Of a stretch of DNA of 64,000 bases, positions 1-13,034 are shown piece by piece. A program made the translations under genes and the position numbers. How positions within the stretch are numbered: position 1 is the stretch's first letter; each line of letters starts with the position of its first letter. The stretch lies in the NCBI RefSeq assembly GCF_009914755.1, contig NC_060927.1; one strand, written 5' to 3'. Under the pieces are notes generated by a model. That model was not told the DNA's origin and ran no database searches. It worked only from the letters and a program-made list of their open reading frames with translations. Source of the stretch: the human T2T-CHM13v2.0 reference genome, Homo sapiens.

Positions 1-346
1 AGTACCATGATACTAATTTTCAACATCATAGATTGATTTCTGCTGTTTTTTAAATTATATAAATTATACAATATATTATTTACCCTTTTATATTTATATT
101 CTTTCATTTGTGTTGACTTTAGTCCCAGTTCTTTCATTGTTGTCACTATATTCTATTCAATGTATGCAACAAATTTATTGTCAATAAAATGGATAATAGA
201 TCTTTGTCTTTTGGAGGGGTTTATTTTAATAGAGTTTCTGTGCATGTACCTGTACATGATTTATTGTGCATTTATGTAGATATATGTTGAAAAGAGAAAT
301 AAAATTGCAGACTAATGGAATATAAATATGTATAAATATACAGATG

Positions 347-388
347 TATCTATCTATCGAGAGATGATTGATAGATAGATAGATAGAT
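347..388. repeat. (TATC)3 ... (GATA)4 tetranucleotide microsatellite
   Basis: tatctatctatc at 347-358 and gatagatagatagatagat at 370-388. Confidence 0.85.
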
Positions 389-1533
389 TCTGCTCTATTT
401 GATACTAAAATGGTTTACAGAATTGTTGACATAAACTTGCATTTCCAGCATTAGTATATAAGCAAGGGTTGCAGTTACTTTACATCTTTTCAAACATTTT
501 ATATTGTTTGTCTTTTTTTTTCTACTTTTGCCATTCCTGTGCGTGTATAGTGGTTTTAGATTATGGATTTAATTTAAATTTTCAAATGAAACTCAGTAAC
601 TTTTCATTTGAATATCCTTTTTTATGAAATACCAATATTTTCAAAGGATTCTCTTTCTCATGCTTATTAGAATTTCATTACATATTATGGATATGAGTCA
701 TGTATTGAATATATATAAAAAAATTTTTTCCCACATCATGGTTTTTTAAATGTCTTAATGCTGTATGTTATATATAATCCAATTTATGTTTTTATCTCCT
801 TTGTGATTACTGCTGTTAGTATTCAGTTTGAGAAATCTCTGTATACCTCACAGCCATTAAGTTGATTTTTTTATTTTCTTCTAAAACTTATTATTTTACC
901 TTACTTAATTAGCTCAAAATTCACCTGAAAAATAGTGTTTTTCATTGTTTAACTTAGGGTCAAGTGTATTTTCTTTTCACATATTGACACAAAATTGAGC
1001 CTCTGTAACATACGCAGAAGACTATCTTTTCTCTACTGTTCCTCTTTTTAATAAAACACATGACATAAAATTTGTAATTCTGTTTTGAGTTTCCTCTTCT
1101 GTTCCACCAGTCAATTTATCTTTCATTATGCTGATACCATAGCATCTTTTTTTTATAGTAACTCTTGATAAGATAGCTAGAGTTCAAGAGCTTTGTTGAT
1201 CTTCAATATCAGCTTGGTTGCTATCAGCCCTTTACATTTTTATTAAAAAATTAAATAAACCTCTTATTGTCTATGAAAAACCTGGCTGAGATTTTGCTAG
1301 GGGTGTACTAAATCTGTAGAATAATTTGGAGAAAATTGACATCATTATAATCTTGAGTGTTCCAACCCATGAACATTTTGTATTTCTTCATTTATTTAAA
1401 TATTTCATTTTATTATTTTTATTATTTTTTTACCTTTAACATAGAGGTTGTATGGGTTGTATGATATATTTACTCATAGATATTTGATTTTTTTTGACCA
1501 TGGTACTTTTTTTTTTTTTTTGTATTTTCTGGT

Positions 1534-1654
1534 GGCCAGGTACAGTGGTGTATTCCTGTCATCTCAGCTAGTTGTGAGGCTGAGGTGGGAGGACTGCATA
1601 AGCACAGGACTTTAAGGCCAACCTGGGCAACATAGCAAAACACTGTGTCTAAAA
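1534..1654 (+). mobile_element. Free left Alu monomer (FLAM_A-like)
   Basis: ggccaggtacagtggtg...gaggctgaggtgggagga...cctgggcaacatagcaaaacactgtgtctaaaa. Monomer length, flanked by a tttt(g)tattttct duplication. Confidence 0.85.
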
Positions 1655-1966
1655 TTTTTATTTTCTATTTGTTCATTGCTGGTGTTTAAAAGCTGGAAGC
1701 AATCTTTGTATATTGACCTTGTATTAACAACTTTATTAAATTCATATGTTCCATATTACAAATCTCAGAAGATATGTTTAAATTTAACCCATCTGCATGA
1801 TAAATTATGTAGATTTTCTGTACTTAATAGATTGAAGAAGATCTCTTACCAGTTTGCTAAATGCTGTTGTAATTATTATTTGCTAAATTTTACTATATGC
1901 TTTTCCTGTATTTTTTCTGAATAGTTTAATTTTTGAATGTTAAACCATTAGATTCTTTTTTTTTTT

Positions 1967-2133
1967 GTCTTAAGTCTGTTCATGATACTAAAACAAAATA
2001 ACTTAAACTGACCATTTAATAGGAACAGAAATGTATTCCTAACAATTCTGGAGAATGGGAAGACCAAGATCAAGCTGCTGTCAGTTTCAGTGTATGATGA
2101 GGGCTGCCCTCTACCCAACTGGTACTTTCTCTT
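1967..2133 (-). mobile_element. MaLR LTR fragment (MLT1A-like)
   Basis: Starts tgtcttaagtctgttc...aacaaaata...aacagaaatgtattcctaacaattctggagaatgggaagaccaagatcaag. Followed by (TG)n at 2134-2152. Confidence 0.75.
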
Positions 2134-2159
2134 TGTGTGTGTGTGTGTGTGTTTTGATA

Positions 2160-5100
2160 TTTTCTTTTCTTAACTTTTATTTCAGGTTCTAAGTTACATG
2201 TGAAGGTTTGTTCCATAGGTAAACTCATGTTACAGCTGTTTGTTGTACAGATTATTTTATTACCCAGGTATTAAGCCCAGTAGCTAATAGTTACCTTTTC
2301 CGCTCCTCTCCCTGCTCCCATCCAACCTCAAGAAGACCTCAGTGTCTCTTATTTTCTTCTTTGTGTTCATGAATTCTCATCATTTAGCTCCCACTTACAA
2401 GTGAAAACATGTGGTATTTGGTTTTCTGTTCTTGTTTTACTTTGCTAAGGAGAATAGCCTCCAGCTCCATCCATGTTCATGTAAAAGACATGACCTCATT
2501 TTTTAATAACTGTATAGTGTTTCATGGTGTATATGTACCACATTTTCTTTATCCAGTCACTGATGGGCATTTAGGTTGATTTCATGTTTTTGCTATTGTG
2601 AATAGTGCTGCAACAAACATTTGTGTGATTAAGTCTTTATGGTAGAATCACTTATATTCCTTTGAGTATATACCCAATAATGGGGTTGCTGGGTTGAATG
2701 GTAGTTCTGCTTTTAGCTCTTTGAGGAATTGCCATACTGCTTTCTACAATAGTTGAACTAATTTACACTCCCACTAAGAGTGTATTGTTTTCTTTTCTCC
2801 ACAACCTTGCCAGTATCTGTTAGTTTTTGACTTTTTAGTAATAAGCATTCTGAGTGGTGTGAGACGGTATTTCCTTCTGGTTTTGATTATACTCTAATGA
2901 TCAGTGATGTTGAGCTTTTTTTCCTATGCTTATTGGCCACATGTACTTCTTCTTCTGAAAATTGTCTTTCCATGTCCTTTGACTTGCTTTGTAATGGTGT
3001 TGTTTGTTTTTCTCTTGTAAATTTGTTTAAGTTCCTAACAGATGCAGGACAGTAGACCTTCGCTAGATGCATAGTTTGCAAACCTCCCATTCTGTAGGTT
3101 ATCTGTTTACTCTGTTGATAGTTTCTTTTGCAGTGAAGAATCTCAAATTTAATTAGATCCCATGTGTCAATTTTTGCTTTTGTTGCTTTTGGTGTCTTTG
3201 ACATGAAATCTTTGCCCATTCCTATTTCCAGGATGGCATTGCCTAGGTTATCTTCCACGGTTTTTATAGTTTTTGGTGTTTTACTTAGGTTAATCAATGT
3301 TGTATTAATTTTTGTATACAGTGTAAGGAAAGGGTCCAGTTGTAATCTTCTGAATATGACTAGCCAGTTATCCCAGAACAATTTATTCAAGAGGGAGTCT
3401 TTTCCCCATTGCTTTATCAGCTTTGTTGAAGTTCACATGGTTATAGGCATGAGGCCTTATTTCTGGTCTCTCTATTATGTTCCTTTATGTGCCTGTTTTT
3501 GTACTGGAACCATGTTGTTTTGGTTACTATAACCTTGTGGTATAGTTTGAAGTTGGGTAATATGATGCCTCCAGCTTTGTTCTTATTGCTTAGGATTGCT
3601 TTGGCTATTCAGATCTTTTTGGGTTCCATATTAATTTTAAAATAGTTTTTTCTAGATCTGTGAATAATGTCATTGATAGTTTGATGGAAATAGCATTGAA
3701 TCTGTAAATTGCTTTGGATAGTATGGCCATTTTAATGCTTGATTCTTCCTATTTATAAGCATGGGATTTTTGTTTGTGTCTTCTCTGATTCTCTTGAGCA
3801 GTGGTTAATAGTTCCCCTTGAAGAGGTCCTTCACTTTCCTTGTTAGTTGTATTCCTAAGTATTTTATTCTTTTTTGGCAACTGTGAATGGGACTGCCTTC
3901 CTGATTTGGCTCTTGGCTTAGCTGTTGTTGCTGTATAAGAATTCTAGTGATTTTTGTACATTGATTTTGTATCCTAAAACTTTGTTGAAATTTTTATCAG
4001 CTGAAGGAGGATTTGGGCCAAAACTATACGGTTTTCTAGATACAGGATTGTGTCTGAAAACAGAGATAGTTTGACTTCCTCTCCTACTATTTGGATGTCC
4101 TTTATTTCTTTCTCTTGCCTGATTGCCCTGAATAGGACTTCCAATACTATGCTGAATAGGAGTGGTGAGAGAGGACATGTTTGTCTTATGTTGTTTATCA
4201 AGGGGAATGCTTCCAGCTTTTGCCCATGTAGTATGATGTTGGCTGTGTTTTTTTTTTTTTAATAGATGGCTCTTATTTTGAGGTATGTTCCTTCAATACC
4301 TAGTTTGCTGAGAGTTTTTCATATGAAGCAGTGTTGAATTTCATCAAAAGCCTTTTCTGCATCTATTGAGATAATCATGTGGTTTTTGTCTTTAGTCCTG
4401 CTTATGTGATGAATCACATTTATTGATTTGCACATGTTGAACCAACCTTGTATCCCAGAGATGATGCCTACTTGATCGTGGTGGATTAGCTTTTTGATAT
4501 TCTGTTGGATTTGGTTTACGAATGTTTGGTTGAAAATTTTACATCAGTGTTCATCAAGTATATTGGCCTAAAGTTTTCTTTTATTGCTGTGTCTCTGCTA
4601 GGTTTTGGTATCAAGATGATGCTGGTCTCATAGAATGAGTAGAGGAGAAGTCCCTCCTCCTCAATTTTTTGGAATAATTTTAGTAGGAATGACACCAGCT
4701 CTTCTTTGTACATACGGTATAATTCAGCTGTTAATCCATCAGGTTTTGGGCTTTTTTTCTTTGGTAGGCTATTTATAACTGATTCAATTTTGGAGCTCAT
4801 TACTGGTCTGTTCAGGGAATCAATTTCTTCCTGGTTCAGTTTTGGGAAGGTATATGTTTCCAGCAATTTATCAGTCTCTTCTAGGTGTTCTAGTTTATGT
4901 GCATGTTTGTGTGCATAGAGGTGTTCATAGTAGTTTATGATGGTTTTTTTTTATTCCTTCAGGATCAGTGGTAACATTCCCTTTGTCATTTCTAATTGTG
5001 TTTATTTGTATCTTCTCTCTTTTCTTTACTAGTCTGAATAGTGGCCTATTTTATTAATGTTTTCAAAGCTAACTCCTGAATTCTTTGATCTTTTGAATGG

Positions 5101-6614
5101 TTTATCTTGTCTTGACTTCCTTCAGCTCAGCTCTGATTTTTGTTATTTCTTGTCTTCTGCTAGCTTTGGGGTTGATTTGGTCTTGCTTCAATTAATTCTT
5201 TCAGTTGCAATGCTAAGTTGTTAAACTGAGATTTTTCTAACTTTTGATGTGGACAGTTAGTGTTATGAATTTCCCTCTTAACACTGCCTTAGCTGTGTCC
5301 CAGAGATTCTGGTATGTTGTAATTTTGTTCTCATTATTTTCAAAGAACATTTTTATTTCTGCCTTTATTTCATTATTTACTCAAAAGTCGTTCAGAAGAA
5401 TGTTGTTTAGTTTCCATCTAATTGCATGATTTTGAGCAATTTTCTTAGTCTTGACTTCTATTTTTATCTCATTGTGGCCTAAGGTTGTGTTTGGTATTAT
5501 TTTGGTTCCGTTACATTTGCTAAGGATTTTTTATGTCCAAGTACATGGTTGATTTTAAAGTATGTGCCATGTGATGATGAGAAGAATGTCCATTCTGTTG
5601 TTTTTGTGTGGAGAGCTCTGCAGAGGTCTATCAGATCCATTTGGTCCATTGTTGAGTTCAGGTCCTGAATATCTTTGTTAATTTTCTGCCTTGATAATCT
5701 GTCTAATCCTGTCAGTGAAGTATTGCAGTGTCACGCTATTATTATGTGGGAGTCTATTTCTCCTTGTACATCTCTAAGAACTTGCTTTATGAATCTGGGT
5801 GATCTTCTGTTGGGAGCATATATATTTAGGATAGTTAGGTCTTGTTGAATTGAGCCATTTACCAATATGTGATGCCCTTTGTCTTTTTTGATTTTTGCTG
5901 GTTTGAAGTTTGTTTTGTCTAAAATTAAGTAAGCAACCCTGCTTTTTTTCTGGTTTCCATTTGCTTGGTTGATTTTCCTCCATCACTTTATTTTTTGCCT
6001 ATGGGTGTCATTACATGTGAGATGGGTCTCTTGAAGACAGCATACCATTGGGTGTTACTTTTTCATTCAGCTTGCCACTCTGTGCCTCTTAGGTGGGGCA
6101 TTTACCACATTTACATTCAAGGTTAGTATTAATATGTGGATTTGATCCTGTTGTTGTACTGTTAGCTAGTTATTGTGTTGCCCTGTTTGGTTGGTTGCTG
6201 TCTGCTGACCCTGGTCTCTGTGTTTAAGCGTGTTTTTGTATTAGCTGATAGTGGTCTTTTCTTTCTATATTTATTGCTCCTTTCAAAATCTTTTGTAAGG
6301 CAAGTCTAGTGGTAATGAAGTCCATCACCATTTCCTTATCTGAAAAGGATCTTTTTTCTTCTTCACTTAGGATGCTTAGTTTGACTGGATATGATATTCT
6401 TGGTTGAAGATTTTTGTTTTCTTTAAGAATGTTGAATATAGCCCCTGAATCTCTTCTGGGTATAGGATTTCAGCTGAGAGGTCCTCTGATAGCCTGATGG
6501 GCTTCCTTTGTAGATGACCTGCCTTTTCCTCTAGCTGCCTTTAACATTCTTTCTTTAATGTTGACCTTGGAAAATCCAATAATTATGTGTCTTGAGGATG
6601 ATCTTTTCGTGTAG
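2160..6614 (-). mobile_element. LINE-1, L1PA13-16-like: 3'UTR, decayed ORF2 and the C-terminal part of ORF1
   Basis: 3' end 'aacttttatttcaggttct...acatgtgaaggtttgttccataggtaaactcatgt'. ORF track gives ORF2 peptides ([19 protein letters not shown]; [15 protein letters not shown]). ORF2 start region lies near 6150. Confidence 0.93.
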
Positions 6615-9600
6615 TCAAGTAGCCAGACTGTTTTCCGCAGGGGTCCCTGCCTTTACTCCTTCTCACTGGGCAGCTCCTCCCTAACTGTGTTTCCAGCACA
6701 GTCTCCCTATTCCCACCTTAATTCTCTGGCCAGTAGCAGCCCTACATTTCTCTGGGATGAAGCTCCCAGAGGTAACAGAGACACTTGCCATTTTTCCTGT
6801 TGCTACAACTCCTACCTCCACTCCCCTAAGGCTGGGAAAGAGTGAACAACCTAGGAGTATCATGGGCCTCCAGGACACTGAAACTCACTCATGCAAAAGT
6901 GGCCAGACTGTTTACCACGTGGATCTCTAACCCTGCTATTCCTCACTGGGCAGGGCTTCTCAACCAGGGCCCCCAGCACAGCTGCCCTGACATTGCCTAA
7001 ACACATCAGTTGGTGATAGCTTTGAATTTCTCTAGGGAGGAATCCCTAAAGACAACCCACAGCCCTCTGCCCTTGTAGCTGCAACTGTACGACCTTACTG
7101 TCCTTGGCCTAGGGAAGAAACAAAGAGCCCGGTTGCTTCACTGGCAACTCTAGCATGCCACAGCCACCATACAGAAGGGAGTGCAGTCTCTCTTCCCTGT
7201 GAGATCCCACCCATTACTTTTCACCAAGCTTGGCCCCTGTCTTGGGCCTGTAGCACAGCCACCTCACCCCTTGCTGAACATTTCCATTGACAGAAGCACT
7301 GTGATTCTCTGAGGTGGGGCTCCCGGAAATAATTGACAGCCCTTCTGCCATGCCACTGCAGTAATACTGCCTTTGCTGCCCTCAGACTGGGAAAGGAACA
7401 AACATCCTGAGTGCTTTACTTTAACCTCCAACATGCTGCAACCACTCTAAGGTGAAGAGACCAATATTTGTTTGCTGCTAGCCCTCTTCCCCTAATACTT
7501 GTCACCAGGGAGGGTCATTGAGCATGAGCCTGCAAGGCAGCTACCCCACCTGTTGGTGACCATTCCAACTGGCAGTGGCTCTGCATTTCTCTGGGATGGA
7601 ATCCCAAGAAACAAGTGAAAGACCCTCCGCTACTGCCATTGCCATGTTCCTCACCCCTTCTGTGCCCAAGTTGGGAGACAACAAAAACCCTGAGTTCTCT
7701 CAGAGCTGCATTGCACAGCCTGGGAGTATGAAGCAGAGATCTTCAGCTAGCATTCAAGTGGGAGAGAAACCCACATCCTCATAACACTGAAAGTGAGCAC
7801 AACTGCAAATACAAGCAAGTATACAGGAGCAACGTGGCTGAGCAAGATCCCACCTACCAGCCATTACACTTAAGGGCCAGGTACTGTATTGCAGCCAAAC
7901 TAATATACCCCCCTGTGAAACCAATTACAAGAATTCAGCCACAAATAAAGACCCTCACACAACTTCCATCCTGTAAAAACATCCAGGAATGAAGCCAAAT
8001 GACTATAATCAAATTACACAACAGTTAAGGGAACATCAGCTTACCCAGGTGAGAAAGAATTAGTGCAAGAACTCTGGCAACTCTAAGGGCCAGGGTGTCT
8101 TCTTACCTCCAAATGATGACACTAGATCCCCAGTAATAGTTCTTAGCCAGAAAAAAAAAAAATGGCTGAAATGACAGACAGAATTCAGAATCTGGAGGGC
8201 AACAAAGATCATTGAATTTCGGGAGAAAGTTGAAACCTATTCCAAGGAATTTAAGGAATCCAGTAAAATGCCTTAAGAGTTGAAAGACAAAATAGCCCTT
8301 CTAAGAATGCACGAAACCAAGCTGATGGAGCTGAAAAAACTCACCAGAATAATTTTATTATACAATCACAAATATTAACAGCAGATTAGAAGAAAGAATC
8401 TCAGAGCTCAAAGACCAGCTGTTCAAATTAGCTCAGGCAGACAAAAATTTTAAAAAGGATTTTAACGACTGAGCAAAACCTCTGAAAACTATGGGATTAT
8501 GTAAAGAGATCAAATCAAAGAATTATTGACATATATGAAGAAGAAAGCAAGCAACTTCAAAAACATATTTGAGGATAACTTCCATAAGGACTGTCCCAAC
8601 CTTGCTAGAGAGATAGACATGCAAATTCAGAAAATGTAGAGAACTCACACGAGATATTATATGAGAAACCATTCCCAAGATACATAGTAATCACATTCTT
8701 CAAGGCCAATGTAAAAGAAAAAATATTAAATGCATCGAGAAAGTAGGAAAAGGTTACCTACAGAGGGAATCCCCATCAGGCTAACAGCAGACCTTTCAGC
8801 AGAAACCCTACAAGCTGAAAGAGATTGGGGGCCCATATTCAGCAACCTTAAAGAAAAAAAATTCCAACCAAGAATTTCACATCCAGCCAAACAAAGCTTC
8901 ATAAACAAATGAGAAATAAGATCCTTTTCAGACAAGCAAACACTAAGGGAATTTGTTATTACTAGGTGTGCCTTAGCATTGGCCCTTGAAGAGTGCTACA
9001 TATGGAAATGAAAAACTGCTACAGGCTACCACAAAAAGGCACTGAAATCGATAGGCTATTGACACTATAAGCAAATACACAATCAAGTCTGCGTAACAAC
9101 CAGCTAACAACACAATGTCAGAACCAAATTCACACATATCAGCATGAACCTTGAACTTAGGTTAAATGCCCTGTGTAAAAGGCACCAAATGGCAAGTTGT
9201 ACAAAGAAGCAAGACCTAATTCTAGGCTGTCTTCAAAAGACCCAACAAGAAATTTAATCCTTCAACAGACCAATAACAAGTTCCAAAATTGTTTCAGTAA
9301 TAGAAAGCCAACCAACCAAAAAAAGTTCAGGATCAGATAGATATACAGATGAATTCTACCAGATGTATAAAGAAGAGCTGGTACCGTTACTACTGAAACT
9401 ATTGCAAAAAATTGAGGAGGAAGGATTTCTCTGTAACTCATTTTATGAGGTCAGTATCATCATACAAAAACCTGGCAGAGATAAAAGAAAAATAAAAAAC
9501 TTCAGGCCAATATTCTTCATGAACATAGATGCAAAAATTTTCAACAAAATACTAGCAAACAGAATCTAGATGTGCATCAAAAAATAAATCCACTATGATC

Positions 9601-9990
9601 AAGTAGGCGTTATTCCTGGAATGCAAGGTCAGTTCAACACATGGAAATCAATAAATATGATTCATCAATAAACAGAAATAAAAAAATCACGATTATCTCA
9701 ATAGATGCAGAATAAAAAAATCTCTCAATAAAATGCAACATGTCTTCATGTTAAAAACCCTCAACAAACTAAGTATCAAAGGTATGTACCTGAAGAGTGA
9801 TCACATCCACAGCCAACATTATACTGAAGAGACAAATGCTGGAACCATTCCCCTTGAGAACCAGAACAAAACAAGGATATTCATCCACTCCCACGACTCC
9901 TATTTCACATATTAATGAAAGCCCTAGCATGAGCAATCAGGCTAAAGAAAGCAATAAAAGACATCCAAATAGGAAGAGAGGAAGTTAAAC
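6615..9990 (+). mobile_element. LINE-1, L1PA15/16-like: 5'UTR with tandem monomers, decayed ORF1 (about 8162-9000), ORF2 with internal deletion at about 9244, 3'-truncated
   Basis: ORF1 peptide PIRLTADLSAETLQAERDWGPIF (8730-8912) and ORF2 peptide [21 protein letters not shown] (9363). Confidence 0.92.
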
Positions 9991-10252
9991 TAATATTAAG
10001 AAAATAAAACAATGTATCATTATTATTAATAATTGAGACAACTGAACATTTATGATATTTTAAATATTATACTTTTTATTTTGTCTCTTTATTGTTCATT
10101 GCTTTCTTTAGTCCTTTGATGTGTATCTGAATACCCCAAAACTTAGTTACTTAAAACAATGATTTCTATTTCTCATGATTTTGCAAGTTTCCAAGGCAGT
10201 TTCTGCTGTGGTTTCAGCTGGGTTCACTCATGCTGCTTCATTTAACAGAAGA

Positions 10253-10449
10253 CAATTCTGTGCTGGAGCTGACTCTTAGCAACACGGAGAGCTGATGGTT
10301 GCAGAAGTTCTGTAAACCAGATACCATCACATTAATGGATTGAAATTTACCATGATTGATGTCTTTAGACAGAAAATGCCAAATGCTACAAATTAGGCAT
10401 TTTTCTTCCCATAGAGCCGCATTGTTAAATATTTATCAGCACACCACCT
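10253..10449 (+). mobile_element. MER63A-like hAT-Blackjack MITE
   Basis: Ends caattctgtgctggagctg... and ...gagccgcattgttaaatatttatcagcacaccac resemble the MER63 TIR CAGTGGTGTGCTGG. Confidence 0.75.
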
Positions 10450-10558
10450 ATTGGAGGACTGGCTGAACTAAAAGTTTCAAGATGACTTCACTAGATGTTT
10501 TCACCAATTTCTGTCAGCTGGTGTTGGCAATTGTCTGAGGAACCTCAGCTTTCATCCA

Positions 10559-10802
10559 TGATATGTCTGATTATTTAAAAGTGTGTGGTTCCTCCCCCCT
10601 TACTGTTGTTATTATCTTCTGCTTGCTCCTGCTTTTGCCGTGTGACATGCCTGCTCCCCCTTCACCTTCCACCGTGATTGTAAGCTTTCTGAGGCCACCC
10701 TAGAGGCTTCCTGTAAAGCCTTCAGCCAATTAAACCTCTTTTCTGTATAAATTACTCAGTCTTCAGTATTTCTTTACATCAGTGCAAGTATGGCCTAAAA
10801 CA
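10559..10802 (+). mobile_element. MST-family solo LTR with internal deletion
   Basis: Starts TGATATG and ends ctaaaaCA. Contains ccttcaccttccaccgtgattgtaagctttctgaggcc and ccaattaaacctcttttc. 5-bp TSD atcca/gtcca. Confidence 0.85.
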
Positions 10803-10959
10803 GTCCACATGACCACTCACACTAAAGAAGTCTGAGCTGACTTCTTTACCTCGCAGTTTCAGTGCAACACTCTAAGAGGAACAGAAGTAGAAGTTGCTAT
10901 CTGTCTTAACAAGTCACATAACATTACTTCAATCACATTCCATTGGTTACTTATGTAGC

Positions 10960-11110
10960 CTCTCTGATGCCTAGTTTCCTTTATCTATAAAGTTAATGTA
11001 GCTTACTAATAGCTTTTATAATAAGAGTTAAGTAATAAAACCCTTATGAAACACTTATGACAGTAACTTGTACATTAAAAATATTCATAAATGTCAATTA
11101 CTATTATTAT
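10960..11110 (+). mobile_element. MIR SINE fragment
   Basis: ctctgatgcctagtttcctttatctataaa core and ...aaatgtcaattactattattat tail. Confidence 0.6.
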
Positions 11111-11411
11111 TTTATACTTTACATCCTTAATATGTCTCATATCGGTCACATTTTTCACCTCATTACCACTGTCTTTGTAAAAGATGCCCTACTTAATTCC
11201 TTGACAGTACCTAGTCTATGGTAATTCGGTCTTAGCGCTCATAACTGTAAAGAAATAGTTGTTCATTTACCAGATTCCCACTTTTAGACTATAAACCATG
11301 GGAGGCTTAAACTCTGGAAAAATCACTCCATTCAATAAATATTTTTTGTATTAGTTTTAACACTATGAGAATGCTTAACCTGTTACCTTTTTCCCCATTT
11401 TCCCACGTTAA

Positions 11412-11927
11412 TCCTTTCCCTGTTTTCCCTGAAAATACACACTGGCAGCACTTGCAGCTGCAGCATTTACCCTGAGATAAGTGTACCACAAAATATCTCA
11501 CTTTTATTATTTTTGGATTGCTCTCGAATATTGACTTTAGAAACAAAAGACATCATTCTATTTACAGCATTCTGTTTTTTAGTAGTGGTATTTCTGTTTG
11601 CAAAATATAGTAATTCTCAATTGATGAAAATGTCAAATCCTATAAAACAGCATTTCTATATGTGATATTAACACCATTCTTGAACAGTTGTTACCCAAAG
11701 ATTCATTTGAATCCAATTTTCCAAAAAATCAGAATCCATTAGACAATTCTGATGATTCAAACAATTCTGATGTTAGTTCTGTTTAGAAATAACACCAATA
11801 ACAGTTTTTATATTTTATTTTCACATTGAAAATTGGTCAGATTTGCTTTAGCTTCATAGAGCATGTTTATGTAAAATTAAATGCGCACAGGCAGCAAGCT
11901 GCACGTTTTTTCTAAATAGGAAAAGAG
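11412..11927 (+). mobile_element. MER75 piggyBac-family MITE, complete
   Basis: TTAA at 11408-11411, then TIR-like tcctttccctgttt ... aaataggaaaagag, then ttca. Body 'gcagctgcagcatttaccctgagataa...gaaacaaaagacatcattctattt' matches the recalled MER75 consensus. Confidence 0.9.
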
Positions 11928-12115
11928 TTCAGTTTTAATTTTTATCATATTGATACAGATATGACAATACATTCTTGGAGAAAAAATTAAGAACAGTATT
12001 AAATAAATAATTGAATGGTAAAATAATTAAAATACCTTGAGTGATAAATATACAGTATTGGTCATTTAAAATACTGTAGCCAATAAACAAGTGTCAGAAT
12101 GTGAGAGAAAGTATT

Positions 12116-12360
12116 TTACAGTAGTTGGGTAACAGACTCTTGATACAGGTTGACTGTAATCAGATGTCAGCTCAACAGCTTTTGCTGTGACTTTGGTAAT
12201 ATACTTGAACTTTTTGTGTTTTAGTTTTCTCCTGTGTAAAACTAAGATAAGAATATTTGTATCTTAGACCATTATCGTAAGCATTTAATAAGTTAGTGTA
12301 TGTAAAGTAATAAAATACTAATTGTCACATAGTAACTTCCATTTAAATTTTCTTTGTTAT
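12116..12360 (+). mobile_element. MIR SINE
   Basis: gctgtgactttggtaatatacttgaac...agttttctcctgtgtaaaactaagataagaata core. Confidence 0.7.
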
Positions 12361-13034
12361 GTATCATATTTTCTGACACTCTGTCCTCAGAAATCTTTGT
12401 TCTAAAAATATCGTAAATACTACAGATTCAATTAAATTAGAAAATGTACCATGCCACACTTGAAGAAAGTTGAGTATAATGCAAGTATTCTATAGTTTTC
12501 CTTTTTTGAAAAATGAATCACTACAATATATTTTAATGACATTTTCACTTTAAATATAGAATAATTACCTATATCTGTTATGCTGTTTTTTTCTGTATTA
12601 GTATCTGACAAATATTAACATATATGGTTTGCCTCACGTAAACATGTGGTGTGCATAAAAAAACTATAAAAGTAAGAAAAATTAAATCATATCCTATAAT
12701 CTCTTGCATTTATTGAATGTCTCTGAAGAACTCTGGCATACTAGCTCTTATGTAACTAAATTATTTCTTGTGCTTAATCTTGCTATTTCCACTGCTTGTC
12801 AATTATCTTTTCTATTTTAATCCATTTAACATCTCTTAGCTTTTCTTTTGTTTTTCTTTTTCAAATTTACCTATTACAACATTAACTTAGCTTTCAACAG
12901 AATAGCTTGTTATTGACCACCATATAACACTAAAACTTGTTTTAGTAACTACTTTGTACCTAAACATTTTTAATACAGTAATTTCCCTAAGCTCCACTTT
13001 TACTTTAGACTGCCTCCAGCTACATTTTCATCTC

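Larger units (their letters stand above)
1..1950 (-). mobile_element. Ancient LINE-1 (L1M-type) 3' end/ORF2 fragment, heavily decayed
   Basis: T-rich text with L1-antisense motifs such as 'gagaaaattgacatcattataatcttgagtgttccaacccatgaaca' (1329-1375). Boundaries are approximate. Confidence 0.7.
10120..10955 (-). mobile_element. Old MLT1-family MaLR LTR interrupted by MER63 and an MST LTR
   Basis: accccaaaacttagttacttaaaacaa...cagctgggttcactcatgctgc. Resumes at 10450-10558 and 10803-10955 (aagtcacataacattacttc...attccattggt). Confidence 0.65.

Noticed and set aside
347-388. Hairpin from (TATC)n facing (GATA)n
   Set aside because: A short microsatellite inversion with no sign of function.
2160-9990. 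Twin-priming 5' inversion of a single L1
   Set aside because: The two arms overlap extensively in L1 coordinates and are clearly divergent, so they are two elements.
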